Shown here piece after piece: positions 1 to 8,906 of a DNA stretch of 36,593 nt (positions are counted from its first letter, which is position 1; the number at the start of each line of letters is the position of its first letter). The DNA comes from a virus. Lineage: Duplodnaviria; Caudoviricetes. Location: positions 1 to 36,593 of IMG/VR virus record IMGVR_UViG_3300020044_001106. The stretch is one strand, 5' to 3'. Under the pieces are notes generated by a model. The model worked only from the letters and a program-made list of their open reading frames with translations. It was not told the DNA's origin and made no database searches. The translations under genes were made by a program, and so were the position numbers.

Positions 1-17
1 AAGAAGGCGGTAATACT

Positions 18-311
18 ATGGCTACAAAGAAAATGAATATGGGTGGTTACGCAGATGGCGGCATGCCTATGAAAATGAAAGACGGCAAAAAAGTGCCCGC
101 CTTCCTGAACAAAGGTGGCAGTACCGGTAACGGTATCACCACAGCCAAAATGGGCGCTGTTAAGTCTGGCGGCAATAAGGGTAAAGGCGAGCACGCTATC
201 CAATCAAAAGGCTTGTCAAAAGGCACAATGATTGCAATGAAAGGCTCCAAGCCTCTGGGCATGAAAGCTGGCGGCATGAAGAAGATGAACATGGGCGGCA
301 AGTCCTGCTAA
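18..311 (+). CDS. Small basic Lys/Met/Gly-rich late protein with multiple xxxGG motifs
   Basis: 97-aa ORF, purine-rich leader (AAGAAGG); KKMNMGG occurs at both ends, plus YADGG, LNKGG, VKSGG, MKAGG; co-oriented with structural genes. Confidence 0.8.
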   Translation: MATKKMNMGGYADGGMPMKMKDGKKVPAFLNKGGSTGNGITTAKMGAVKSGGNKGKGEHAIQSKGLSKGTMIAMKGSKPLGMKAGGMKKMNMGGKSC

Positions 312-320
312 GGAAACATC

Positions 321-617
321 ATGGCTGATATTGAGTACAAAACCCCCGAGGATGTACGCGACGAAAAGATGCGTGTTAAAGCTGAAAAAGCTTACACCAA
401 GTCGTTGCGTAACACTGAGGAAGCTCCTTTAAGTAATAGACCCAAGGGCATTTCAAAAAAGTTTATGCGTGAAGTACAAATGAACTCTCGACAGACTGAA
501 ATGCCTAGAGTGGACGAAATGGGTAACGCCTATAAAAATGGTGGGTCAGTTGGCTCAGCTTCCAAACGAGCAGACGGTATTGCCACAAAAGGCAAGACTA
601 ACTGCAAGATGTACTAA
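321..617 (+). CDS. Small phage late protein (YKNGG motif; C-terminal SASKRADGIATKGKT)
   Basis: AAGGA RBS upstream of ATG; tightly packed between neighbours. Confidence 0.8.
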   Translation: MADIEYKTPEDVRDEKMRVKAEKAYTKSLRNTEEAPLSNRPKGISKKFMREVQMNSRQTEMPRVDEMGNAYKNGGSVGSASKRADGIATKGKTNCKMY

Positions 618-619
618 TC

Positions 620-895
620 ATGATGGCATCCCGTGGTATGGGGGATATAAACCCCAGCAAAATGCCAAGTGCGAAACGTAAGTCTCGCAGGGATGACACC
701 GACTTCACTCAGTACGCTGATGGTGGTAAAGTAAACGCTGCTGGTAATTACACAAAGCCCAGTCTTCGCAAGAGGATTGTGTCCCAAGTAAAAGCCGCAG
801 CAACGCAAGGTACAGGTGCGGGACAGTGGTCAGCACGTAAAGCTCAACTTGTTGCTAAGAAGTACAAAGCAGCAGGCGGGGGGTATCGAGATTGA
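620..895 (+). CDS. Small basic protein; N-terminal half of a DUF5872-like domain (GQWSARKAQL...YKAAGGGY)
   Basis: Motif recalled from phage and cellular hypothetical proteins; the family name is from memory and unverified. Confidence 0.7.
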   Translation: MMASRGMGDINPSKMPSAKRKSRRDDTDFTQYADGGKVNAAGNYTKPSLRKRIVSQVKAAATQGTGAGQWSARKAQLVAKKYKAAGGGYRD

Positions 896-1125
896 AAGCG
901 CCTCAGAAATCATTGAAAGACTGGGGCGACCAAAAATGGAGAACCAAAAGTGGCAAACGCTCTTCTGACACGGGTGAAAGATATCTTCCAAGCGCTGCGA
1001 TCAAAAGTCTCAGCCCTTCTGAGTACGCTGCAACAACGCTGGCGAAACGTAAGGGCAAAAAGGCCGGGAAACAATTCGTAGCCCAACCAAAAAAGATTGC
1101 AAAGAAAACAGCAGGGTTTAGATAA
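892..1125 (+). CDS. Small basic protein; second half of the same DUF5872-like domain (QKSLKDW..QKWRTKSG..ERYLP)
   Basis: TTG start overlaps upstream TGA; its TAA overlaps the next ATG. Confidence 0.7.
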   Translation: MKAPQKSLKDWGDQKWRTKSGKRSSDTGERYLPSAAIKSLSPSEYAATTLAKRKGKKAGKQFVAQPKKIAKKTAGFR

Positions 1126-2072
1126 TGGCAATTACTTCTGGCGCATCCAGCTTCAATCTTCAACTCGATGAATTGGTCGAGGAGGCGTTTGAACGCGCCG
1201 GTGGCGAGTTGCGTACTGGCTATGACCTGCGTACTGCACGCCGCAGTCTAAACATTATGTTTGCAGATTGGGCCAATCGCGGCATCAATATGTGGACAAT
1301 TGAGCAGGGTGAGATCACTCTGGTACAGGGCCAAAACACGTACGCTTTACCGGACGACACAGTGGATTTAATTGAGCACGTGATCCGTACACAAGCCAAT
1401 ATTCAAAACAATCAGGCTGACTTAACAATCACGCGTATTAGTGTTTCTACCTACGCTACGATCCCCAACAAGATTCAACAAGCTAGACCAATTCAGGTCT
1501 GGATTCAGCGCTTTAACGGGCAGAACTCCCCGATTGCAGCCACACTTACAACGACTATTACGTCTACGAGCACTGAGATTGTGTTAAATGACGTAACGGG
1601 CCTGCCTTCTACTGGCTTTATTAAGATTGATGACGAGATCATCAACTACGGCTACATCACACAGAACACAAACGCCAAGTCTGGCACGCTCTACAACTGC
1701 TTCCGTGGCCAGCAAGAAACCATTGCCGTAGCCCATACCGCAGCAGCTATTGTGTATTGGGCTCAAGTTCCGGCTGTTACGGTTTGGCCGACTCCAGATT
1801 CAGCCCAGCAGTACACGTTTGTTTACTGGCGCTTACGCCGCACGCAAGATGCGGGTGGTGGTGTGAACGTGATGGACATTCCGTTTAGATTTATTCCATG
1901 TTTGGCCGCTGGGCTGTCGTATTACTTGGCGTTAAAGATCGCCGGTGGCGCTGAGCGCCTGCCTGTACTAAAGCAGCAATACGACGAAGCTTGGGAGTTG
2001 GCGGCTACGGAAGACCGAGAGAAGGCCGCTGTGCGGTTTGTACCTCGTCAGCAATACATTGGGGGCACCTGA
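1125..2072 (+). CDS. Putative head-tail adaptor / tail tubular protein A-like, with inserted beta-rich domain
   Basis: Helical N-terminus (LVEEAFERAG..ARRSLNIMFADWANRG), 'WPTPD' beta domain, helical C-terminus; insertion with a TITSTST...CFRGQQETIAVAH pattern. Confidence 0.65.
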   Translation: MAITSGASSFNLQLDELVEEAFERAGGELRTGYDLRTARRSLNIMFADWANRGINMWTIEQGEITLVQGQNTYALPDDTVDLIEHVIRTQANIQNNQADLTITRISVSTYATIPNKIQQARPIQVWIQRFNGQNSPIAATLTTTITSTSTEIVLNDVTGLPSTGFIKIDDEIINYGYITQNTNAKSGTLYNCFRGQQETIAVAHTAAAIVYWAQVPAVTVWPTPDSAQQYTFVYWRLRRTQDAGGGVNVMDIPFRFIPCLAAGLSYYLALKIAGGAERLPVLKQQYDEAWELAATEDREKAAVRFVPRQQYIGGT

Positions 2073-2500
2073 TGGGTAATCGGTTTGCTTCTGGCAAATG
2101 GGCGATTGCGCAGTGCGACCGTTGCGATCAACGGTTCAAGTTAAAAGTATTGCGTAAAGAGATCATCAAGACGAAAAACTACGACTTGTTGGTTTGCCCT
2201 GAGTGCTGGGATCCCGATCAGCCACAGTTGCAGTTGGGTATGTACCCGGTTGATGATCCACAAGGCTTGAGGAATCCTCGCCCTGATCGGAGTTATTATC
2301 AGTCTGGTTTGAGTGGGTTACAGCTTACAAATACCAATAGCACCGCAGTAGATGCTAATGGGTTTCCAGAGCAGGGCAGTCGAGTTTTTCAGTGGGGGTG
2401 GAACCCCGTTGGTGGGGCACGCGGCCCTGATGATGGTTTAACACCAAACTACTTGGTTTTAAACGTGGAAATTGGTACAGTTACGGTTACAACGACATAA
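2072..2500 (+). CDS. Zinc-ribbon-containing protein (CDRC...CPEC)
   Basis: Start reassigned to ATG 2072 (TGATG overlap with upstream stop); two CxxC pairs. Confidence 0.75.
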   Translation: MGNRFASGKWAIAQCDRCDQRFKLKVLRKEIIKTKNYDLLVCPECWDPDQPQLQLGMYPVDDPQGLRNPRPDRSYYQSGLSGLQLTNTNSTAVDANGFPEQGSRVFQWGWNPVGGARGPDDGLTPNYLVLNVEIGTVTVTTT

Positions 2501-2510
2501 GGAGTCGAAC

Positions 2511-2702
2511 ATGGACAAGAAAGATTTAGCCCAAGACAAGAAGATGATTAAGTCTGCTGTTGGTAAGCATGAGAAAAACATGCACCCCGGCAAGACCCCA
2601 ACCAAACTTCGTGCTGGTGGCAAGACAAACAGCGACATGCTTAAGTATGGCCGCAACATGGCTAAGGTAATGAACCAGCGTTCTGTTGGTCGTGGAGGTT
2701 AA
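2511..2702 (+). CDS. Small basic protein (LRAGG motif, ends in GRGG)
   Basis: AAGGAG RBS at 2499-2504 supports ATG 2511 rather than 2472. Confidence 0.75.
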   Translation: MDKKDLAQDKKMIKSAVGKHEKNMHPGKTPTKLRAGGKTNSDMLKYGRNMAKVMNQRSVGRGG

Positions 2703-2704
2703 TC

Positions 2705-2911
2705 ATGGCTACAAAAATTTATCGCCAACCTAAGATTGTTCCTACAGTTGTTGTTGGCGAAGAAGACAACGCTAAATACCTGCGGGAAACACCTACTAAC
2801 GTAGCTAACTCTCGTAGCCAAGGCTATAAGCCCACTAAGACCAGCGGCATCAAGATGCGCGGTACAGGTTGCGCTACTAAAGGTCTGATGTCTCGAGGCC
2901 CAATGGCATGA
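2705..2911 (+). CDS. Small basic protein (C-terminal RGTGCATKG)
   Basis: GGAGG RBS; ATGA overlap with next gene. Confidence 0.75.
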   Translation: MATKIYRQPKIVPTVVVGEEDNAKYLRETPTNVANSRSQGYKPTKTSGIKMRGTGCATKGLMSRGPMA

Positions 2912-3573
2912 ATTACGCCGCACTCAGCGCTGCTATTCAAGCGTACACGGAGAATACTGAAGCAAGTTTTATTGCTGAAATACCCGTGTTCGTTCAGCAA
3001 GCTGAGCAGCGTATTTACAACACCGTTCAGTTCCCATCGCTTCGCAAGAACGTGACAGGAGCAACGACTGCTAGTAATAAGTACCTAGCCTGCCCATCGG
3101 ACTTCTTGGCGGTGTATTCAATGGCAGTGGTGGACGGTACATTGGCAACAGGTGACTACGAGTATTTGTTAAACAAAGACGTTAACTTTATTCGCCAAGC
3201 TTACCCAAGAGCTAGTGATACTGGAGCGCCTAAGTACTATGCTTTGTTTGGTGCGCAAACTAATGACGCCAATGAACTGTCTTTTATTCTTGGCCCAACA
3301 CCCGACGCAGTCTATCCTGTGGAACTGCACTACTATTATTACCCGCAGTCCATTGTAACCGCCAGTACGTCTTGGCTTGGCGATAACTTTGATTCAGTGC
3401 TTTTGTATGGCTCTTTGGTCGAAGCTTATACCTACATGAAGGGTGAGCAGGACATGATGGCGCTGTACAATGGTAAGTATCAAGAAGCACTTGCACTAGC
3501 AAAACGTTTGGGCGATGGTATGGAACGTCAAGACGCGTACCGTTCTGGCCAATACAGACAGGCGGTAACTTAA
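2908..3573 (+). CDS. Putative phage adaptor protein (second adaptor-like gene)
   Basis: Helix-beta-helix layout with G.PKYY, LGPTPD and LLYGSLVEAY motifs typical of podovirus adaptors. Confidence 0.65.
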   Translation: MNYAALSAAIQAYTENTEASFIAEIPVFVQQAEQRIYNTVQFPSLRKNVTGATTASNKYLACPSDFLAVYSMAVVDGTLATGDYEYLLNKDVNFIRQAYPRASDTGAPKYYALFGAQTNDANELSFILGPTPDAVYPVELHYYYYPQSIVTASTSWLGDNFDSVLLYGSLVEAYTYMKGEQDMMALYNGKYQEALALAKRLGDGMERQDAYRSGQYRQAVT

Positions 3574-3574
3574 T

Positions 3575-4027
3575 ATGTCGATCCAACAAACAGCAACAAC
3601 AAGCTTTAAAGTTCAACTGCTTCAGGCAGTTCACAACTTTGGCCCTACAACGCCTAATACTTTTAAAGTAGCGCTGTATACAGCCGCAGCTAATATAGGC
3701 CCAACAACTACTGCGTATACGGCTACAGGCGAAGTTCCAAGTGGTGGCGGATATACAACAGGTGGGAATACATTAGTGATTTCAGTGTCCCCAACGTCAG
3801 GCACTAACTCATCACAAGTTCCAACAGCCTTTGTGTCTTTTTCCAATACTTCTTGGCCAAACGCAACGTTTACATGCCGTGGTGCGCTGATTTATAACGA
3901 CTCTGTTGCAGGCGACCCATCTGTGGCGGTGCTGGACTTTGGTTCAGACAAGACTGTTAGCAACGATACTTTTACAATTATTTTCCCAACGCCAGACGCA
4001 AACAATGCGGTTGTGCGAATTTCTTAA
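3575..4027 (+). CDS. Beta-rich virion structural (tail-associated) protein
   Basis: FKVALYT...GYTTGG...W.NATF..RGALIYN...VAVLDFGSDK pattern; Thr/Ser-rich. Confidence 0.7.
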   Translation: MSIQQTATTSFKVQLLQAVHNFGPTTPNTFKVALYTAAANIGPTTTAYTATGEVPSGGGYTTGGNTLVISVSPTSGTNSSQVPTAFVSFSNTSWPNATFTCRGALIYNDSVAGDPSVAVLDFGSDKTVSNDTFTIIFPTPDANNAVVRIS

Positions 4028-4036
4028 GGACGTATC

Positions 4037-4606
4037 ATGAGTACAGAAAAAAGCAAAGCCCAAGACGTTGTGTCTGCTGGGTTGTTGACATTCCCCAAGA
4101 GCGGCGATTCAGCCTCTGCTGGTGGTGTTTACACCGTTACTTGCGTAGGCCCAGACGGGGTTGAGAAGTGGTCTGACACCTTCCACAACTTGGTTGTGAA
4201 CGAGGGCTTACAGTACATGAATCAGACCTTCTTCAAGGGTTCTGGCTATACGGCTGTTTGGTACTTGGGTTTGGTCACTGGCCCCGGCTCCGGCACTACA
4301 TACGCTGCTGGTAATACTCTGGCTTCTCACGCTGGCTGGACAGAGAACACTGACTACACAGGTAGCCGCAAGACTGTGTCGTTTGGCACAGCCTCTACAG
4401 CAGACCCATCAGTGATTAGCAACTCTGCTTCACCTTCTGCCTTTAGCATTAACGCTACAGCCACAATTGCGGGTGCGTTCTTGGCTTCTACCACTGATAA
4501 CTCTGGTATTTTGTTCTCTGCCGGTGACTTCACGGGTGGCGACAAGTCTGTGGCCAGTGGCGATACATTGAACGTAACGTATCAGTTCTCCCTTGACGCT
4601 GCCTGA
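4037..4606 (+). CDS. Beta-rich virion structural (tail-associated) protein
   Basis: AAGGA RBS; NLVVNEG...WYLGL...FSINATATIAGAFL...GDTLNVTY pattern. Confidence 0.7.
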   Translation: MSTEKSKAQDVVSAGLLTFPKSGDSASAGGVYTVTCVGPDGVEKWSDTFHNLVVNEGLQYMNQTFFKGSGYTAVWYLGLVTGPGSGTTYAAGNTLASHAGWTENTDYTGSRKTVSFGTASTADPSVISNSASPSAFSINATATIAGAFLASTTDNSGILFSAGDFTGGDKSVASGDTLNVTYQFSLDAA

Positions 4607-4617
4607 TAGGTAGAGCG

Positions 4618-5301
4618 GTGTTCGGAGATGTAACATTTGCGCAGTCTCCCTTCGCCTCTCTAGGCGGGGCTACGTTTGGTGTCGACATTTCCGAATCCGC
4701 AGTAGCAAACAACGTTCAGTCTGTTGAAGTAATTTACGGGGGGCAGACCTTAGAGTCTGCTGTTGCTGATGCTGTTCAGTCAGCTATTGCCAATATGTTT
4801 GCTGGGCAGGCTGAAACAGCTACGGGCACTGACACGGTTAACACCCTCAACAACATCTTTAACGTAACCCGTGCGGAATCCGCTACGGCTTTAGATACAA
4901 ACAGCGCTATAGCTACACTTCTGGCGGCTATTGCAGAAGCCGCTACGGGTACGGACTCTTACATTTCTAGGGCGGATTTTGTAGCAGCAGTTGCTGAAAT
5001 GGGGTTGGTGTTTGACCAGTTTACAACGGCTAAGTTTGTTAATGCGGCACTAGCTGAAGGTGCAGCGGCTTCAGACGAATACTTGGTCAAGGTTATTTTT
5101 GGGGCTATTGTGGCCGAAGGCGCAGTTGGAGTTGATTCTCTGTCTGCGGTTAAAGAAATTAATGCACGTCCTGTCGGTATTCAACTTTACGTTAATATTG
5201 GTAGTGCCGTTATTTGGGCAGTAATTGATGACAGCCAGACTCCAAACTGGCAAAATATCAGTAACACACAAACCCCCGGTTGGACGGACATCCCATCGTA
5301 A
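4618..5301 (+). CDS. Virion structural protein with ~21-residue E-x-A-x-x-x-D repeats
   Basis: GTG start; about 8 periodic repeats; Trp-repeat C-terminus (WAVI..PNWQNI..PGWTDI). Confidence 0.7.
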   Translation: MFGDVTFAQSPFASLGGATFGVDISESAVANNVQSVEVIYGGQTLESAVADAVQSAIANMFAGQAETATGTDTVNTLNNIFNVTRAESATALDTNSAIATLLAAIAEAATGTDSYISRADFVAAVAEMGLVFDQFTTAKFVNAALAEGAAASDEYLVKVIFGAIVAEGAVGVDSLSAVKEINARPVGIQLYVNIGSAVIWAVIDDSQTPNWQNISNTQTPGWTDIPS

Positions 5302-5310
5302 GGATAAAAA

Positions 5311-6894
5311 ATGGCGTTAGTACTAAAAGATCGGGTCAAAGAAACGTCCACAACGGCTGGGACGGGCACACTAACGCTTGCTGGTGCAGTAACAGGATTC
5401 CAATCTTTTGCCGCAGTGGGTGATGGCAACAGTACTTATTACGCTATCGCAGACAACGCCACAGGCGCTTGGGAAGTAGGTATTGGTACTTACACTGCAT
5501 CTGGCACGACGCTTTCTCGTACGACTGTTTTGTCCTCAAGTAATGCTGGGTCGCTTGTAAGTTTTGCGGCCAATCCCAAGGACGTGTTTGTAACATACCC
5601 ATCTGAACGGGCGGTTTGGCTAGACAGCGCAGGCAACGTTTTGGTTCAGTACGAGTTCAACACAATCAACGCCACGACTGCCAATCTTACAACCGCAAAT
5701 CTTACGTCCGGTACGATTTCTACGGCTCCAACTAACAATACAGACATTGTTAACAAACAGTACGCTGACGCTATTGCGTCCGGTATTCACTTCCATGAAG
5801 CAGTGGAGTTGGCGACTACCGCAGCCCTGCCAGCAAACACCTACAACAACGGAACATCTGGGGTAGGGGCAACGCTTACAGCCAACGCTAATGGCGTTTT
5901 GTCCGTGGATTCAACGGTTACCGTGGTCAACAACCGCGTACTTGTTAAGAATGAAGTTACGCAGGCAAACAACGGGGTGTATGTTGTAACGCAGGTTGGC
6001 ACTGTTAGCACACCATACATCCTGACCCGCGCTACCGACTTTGACACCGCTGGAACCGGGGTTGACCAGATTGACGAAGGCGACTTCTTCTTGGTGACTA
6101 GCGGCGTTGTTAACGCTAATACAGCTTGGGTTCAGCAGACTGCTCCCCCCATAACAGTTGGCACAACGGCGATTGTATTTCAGCAGTTTTCTGCGCCTAT
6201 TACATACACGGCTGGTACAGGACTAAATGAGTCCCCAACGTACACATTTAATATTGCCAATACCACGGTAACAGCCGCCACATACGGTTCGGCTTCTCAG
6301 GTTCCTGTGTTTGCGGTGAATGCTCAAGGCCAGATTACAGGCGTGACGGACACAAGTATTGCAATTAACGGTTCTGCTGTAACGGGCAACATCTCTGGTT
6401 CTGCGGGTTCGGTGGCTAACGCTCTAACGCTTGGTACATACCTGACGGGCACAAGTTTTAACGGTTCTACGGCAGTGACGGCTACAGTAGATGCAACTTC
6501 GGCCAATACTGCTTCTAAGGTTGTGGCGCGGGATGGTTCTGGTGACTTTGCTGCCGGTACAATTACAGCGGCTTTGACTGGTAACGCAACAACGGCAACC
6601 ACCGCAACTAACGTAGCTGGCGGGGCGGCTAACCGGATTGTGTACAACACATCCGCTGGAACTACAAACTTTGCGGTAGCCCCTACAACGTCTAGCACTT
6701 ACTTGTATTGGAACGGCTCCGCTTTTGCTTGGGGTACTGTGGCGCAAGAAGCGCCCGTGTCTTTGAATGATATTGTCATCAGCAACAACTACACTTTCCC
6801 AGCAAACAAGAACGCAATCAGTGTTGGGCCTGTGACTGTGGGTTCTGGCGTAACTGTTACGGTTGGCAGCGGTCAGCGTTGGCTGGTTGTTTAA
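5311..6894 (+). CDS. Tail fibre protein
   Basis: 527 aa, Thr/Gly/Ala/Ser-rich; DRVKETSTT N-terminus, IVNKQYAD, RVLVKNE..NNGVY, TYGSASQVPVFAVNAQGQIT fibre motifs. Confidence 0.85.
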   Translation: MALVLKDRVKETSTTAGTGTLTLAGAVTGFQSFAAVGDGNSTYYAIADNATGAWEVGIGTYTASGTTLSRTTVLSSSNAGSLVSFAANPKDVFVTYPSERAVWLDSAGNVLVQYEFNTINATTANLTTANLTSGTISTAPTNNTDIVNKQYADAIASGIHFHEAVELATTAALPANTYNNGTSGVGATLTANANGVLSVDSTVTVVNNRVLVKNEVTQANNGVYVVTQVGTVSTPYILTRATDFDTAGTGVDQIDEGDFFLVTSGVVNANTAWVQQTAPPITVGTTAIVFQQFSAPITYTAGTGLNESPTYTFNIANTTVTAATYGSASQVPVFAVNAQGQITGVTDTSIAINGSAVTGNISGSAGSVANALTLGTYLTGTSFNGSTAVTATVDATSANTASKVVARDGSGDFAAGTITAALTGNATTATTATNVAGGAANRIVYNTSAGTTNFAVAPTTSSTYLYWNGSAFAWGTVAQEAPVSLNDIVISNNYTFPANKNAISVGPVTVGSGVTVTVGSGQRWLVV

Positions 6895-6903
6895 GGAATA
6901 AAT

Positions 6904-7776
6904 ATGGCTGTCGTAGATTACACAAGCAACCTAGGATTGGCGTTACCCACAACGGGTGACTTGGCTGGTCTTTGGGGCACTACAGTTAACGATTCAATTA
7001 CATCCCTGTTGGACTCAGCAGTGGCTGGCACTGTCACACTTAGCGCAGACACAGACACAACGCTCACTACAACAGACGGCGCAGCCAACCAAGCACGGGC
7101 GGCAGTCATCAACTGGACGGCTACGGGCACAGTAACTAGAAACATTGACGCCCCCAAGCACAGTAAAGTGTATGTGGTGTTCAACAACACAGGCGGTACA
7201 CAGTCTATTGTGATTCGTGGTGGCCCAGCAACCCCAACAGCGGGCGTGACTATTTTGGCGGGCGACCAAGCGATTGTTGCTTGGAATGGCTCTGACTTTG
7301 AAAAGGTTGGCGGTGGTCAAGCTGGTGGTTCTACAAACCAAGTTCAATTTAATAGCGGTGGTAGCTTTGCAGGCTCTGCTGGTCTGGTTTGGAATGGCAC
7401 AACATTAACTGCTACAGCACTTTCCGCTGGCTCGTTGGCCTTGACCGGCTCTCCATTGCCTATTGCCTCTGGCGGTACGGGCGGCACGGCTACACCCTCA
7501 TTGGGTGGTGTGGTTTATGGTACAGGTTCAGCTTACGCCGTTACAGTAGCGGGCACATCTGGTAAAGTGCTGACATCTAATGGTGCAGCAGCCCCAACTT
7601 GGCAAGACCCCCCATCACCATCAAAAGCCAGCGGTGCGCTTTTGATTAACACAACGACAGTCAGTGAGAGCTATGTCTTACCGGCTGGCTCAAATGCATT
7701 TTCCGTAGGGCCGATTACTATTGCGGACACCTACACCGTTACAGTATCATCAGGACAAAGGTGGGTAGTTATATGA
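6904..7776 (+). CDS. Tail fibre / fibre-anchor protein
   Basis: YTSNLGLALP..G..WG.TVN N-terminus; GGSTNQVQFN, LPIASGGTG and GKVLTSNG..PTW fibre modules. Confidence 0.8.
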   Translation: MAVVDYTSNLGLALPTTGDLAGLWGTTVNDSITSLLDSAVAGTVTLSADTDTTLTTTDGAANQARAAVINWTATGTVTRNIDAPKHSKVYVVFNNTGGTQSIVIRGGPATPTAGVTILAGDQAIVAWNGSDFEKVGGGQAGGSTNQVQFNSGGSFAGSAGLVWNGTTLTATALSAGSLALTGSPLPIASGGTGGTATPSLGGVVYGTGSAYAVTVAGTSGKVLTSNGAAAPTWQDPPSPSKASGALLINTTTVSESYVLPAGSNAFSVGPITIADTYTVTVSSGQRWVVI

Positions 7777-8897
7777 GTATTATTGCAGCAGGAACCACAA
7801 CCACGACCGCGCTATCTAGCACGGGCAATACCGACGGCACGTTACAGTTTCAAGTTAACGGCACTACAGCTTCGGTAACTCTTAACACGCTTGGTGCTAT
7901 TGGTGTTGGCTCAACGCCATCTTTTGGCACGGCGGGGCAAGCTCTTGTGTCTGGCGGATCAACTGCCGCGCCTACATGGGCTAGCGTTACTACGTCTCCT
8001 GCCGGTTCCACAGGCCAAGTGCAGTACAACAACGCGGGTGCATTTGGGGGTATATCAGGTGCTACGACCGACGGTACAGCATTGACGCTTGTTGCGCCTA
8101 TTCTTGGAACTCCTGCAAGTGCTACTCTTACTAACGCCACAGGTTTACCTTTGACAACTGGAGTGACAGGCACATTGCCTATTGCTAATGGCGGTACGGG
8201 AACCACTTCAACTACGTTTGCCAACCTGACTACAAACGTAACAGGCACATTGCCTATTGCTAACGGCGGTACAAACTCAACAGCAACCCCTACTGCGGGG
8301 GGCGCGGTTTATGGTACGGGAACTGCGTACGCAGTTACGGCAGCGGGAACAACAGGGCAGTATCTAAAATCCAATGGCGCAAGCGCACCTACATGGGTCA
8401 CACCGAGTGGTGGTTTAACTCTTGGTACTCCTGTTGCGACAACCTCAGGGACTACGATAGACTTTACTGGAATCCCCGCAGGTACAAAACAAGTAATTAT
8501 TAATTTTGTTAATGTGTCTACTAACGGAAATGTTCAAAAAATAATTCAAATAGGCGATTCAGGCGGTATTGAAGATACAGGTTATGTTGGAAACAGCATT
8601 GTTTTCTTCAGCGACGGTACATTTTTCGGGCCTACCTCAAGAACTGATGCTTTTCTTATTCGTTCTGGTAGTTCTAGCGATGAATTACAAGGTTCTGTAA
8701 CGTTAACACTTGAAAATTCAACAAACAACACTTGGGTAGCAGTGGGACTAGTAGGAGAGGTTGTAGCCCCAACAATATCACAAACTTCGACCATCGGTTC
8801 TAAATCACTCTCAGGCGTACTTACCCAATTAAGGGTAACTACTATTGGCAATTCTGACACCTTTGACGGTGGCGAAATCAACATTGCATACATGTAA
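7773..8897 (+). CDS. Tail fibre / receptor-binding protein, cassette 1
   Basis: Start at ATG 7773 (ATGA overlap); VTGTLPIANGGT repeats; distinct C-terminal beta domain; followed by chaperone gene. Confidence 0.8.
   Translation: MSIIAAGTTTTTALSSTGNTDGTLQFQVNGTTASVTLNTLGAIGVGSTPSFGTAGQALVSGGSTAAPTWASVTTSPAGSTGQVQYNNAGAFGGISGATTDGTALTLVAPILGTPASATLTNATGLPLTTGVTGTLPIANGGTGTTSTTFANLTTNVTGTLPIANGGTNSTATPTAGGAVYGTGTAYAVTAAGTTGQYLKSNGASAPTWVTPSGGLTLGTPVATTSGTTIDFTGIPAGTKQVIINFVNVSTNGNVQKIIQIGDSGGIEDTGYVGNSIVFFSDGTFFGPTSRTDAFLIRSGSSSDELQGSVTLTLENSTNNTWVAVGLVGEVVAPTISQTSTIGSKSLSGVLTQLRVTTIGNSDTFDGGEINIAYM
8166..8272 (+). repeat. Direct repeat, 32 bp with one mismatch (8166-8197 and 8241-8272), encoding TGTLPIANGGT
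   Basis: acaggcacattgcctattgctaa[t/c]ggcggtac seen twice, 75 bp apart. Confidence 0.9.
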
Positions 8898-8906
8898 GGA
8901 ATAATC

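Noticed and set aside
1991-2071. Upstream extensions given in the ORF track (starts at 1991, 2472, 7761, 9896, 33065, 33996, 36227)
   Set aside because: They overlap upstream genes; downstream ATGs have an RBS or stop-start coupling
2511-2702. Ubiquitin-like modifier suggested by LRAGG and terminal GRGG
   Set aside because: Too short and basic for a beta-grasp fold; no E1/E2/JAB genes in the window
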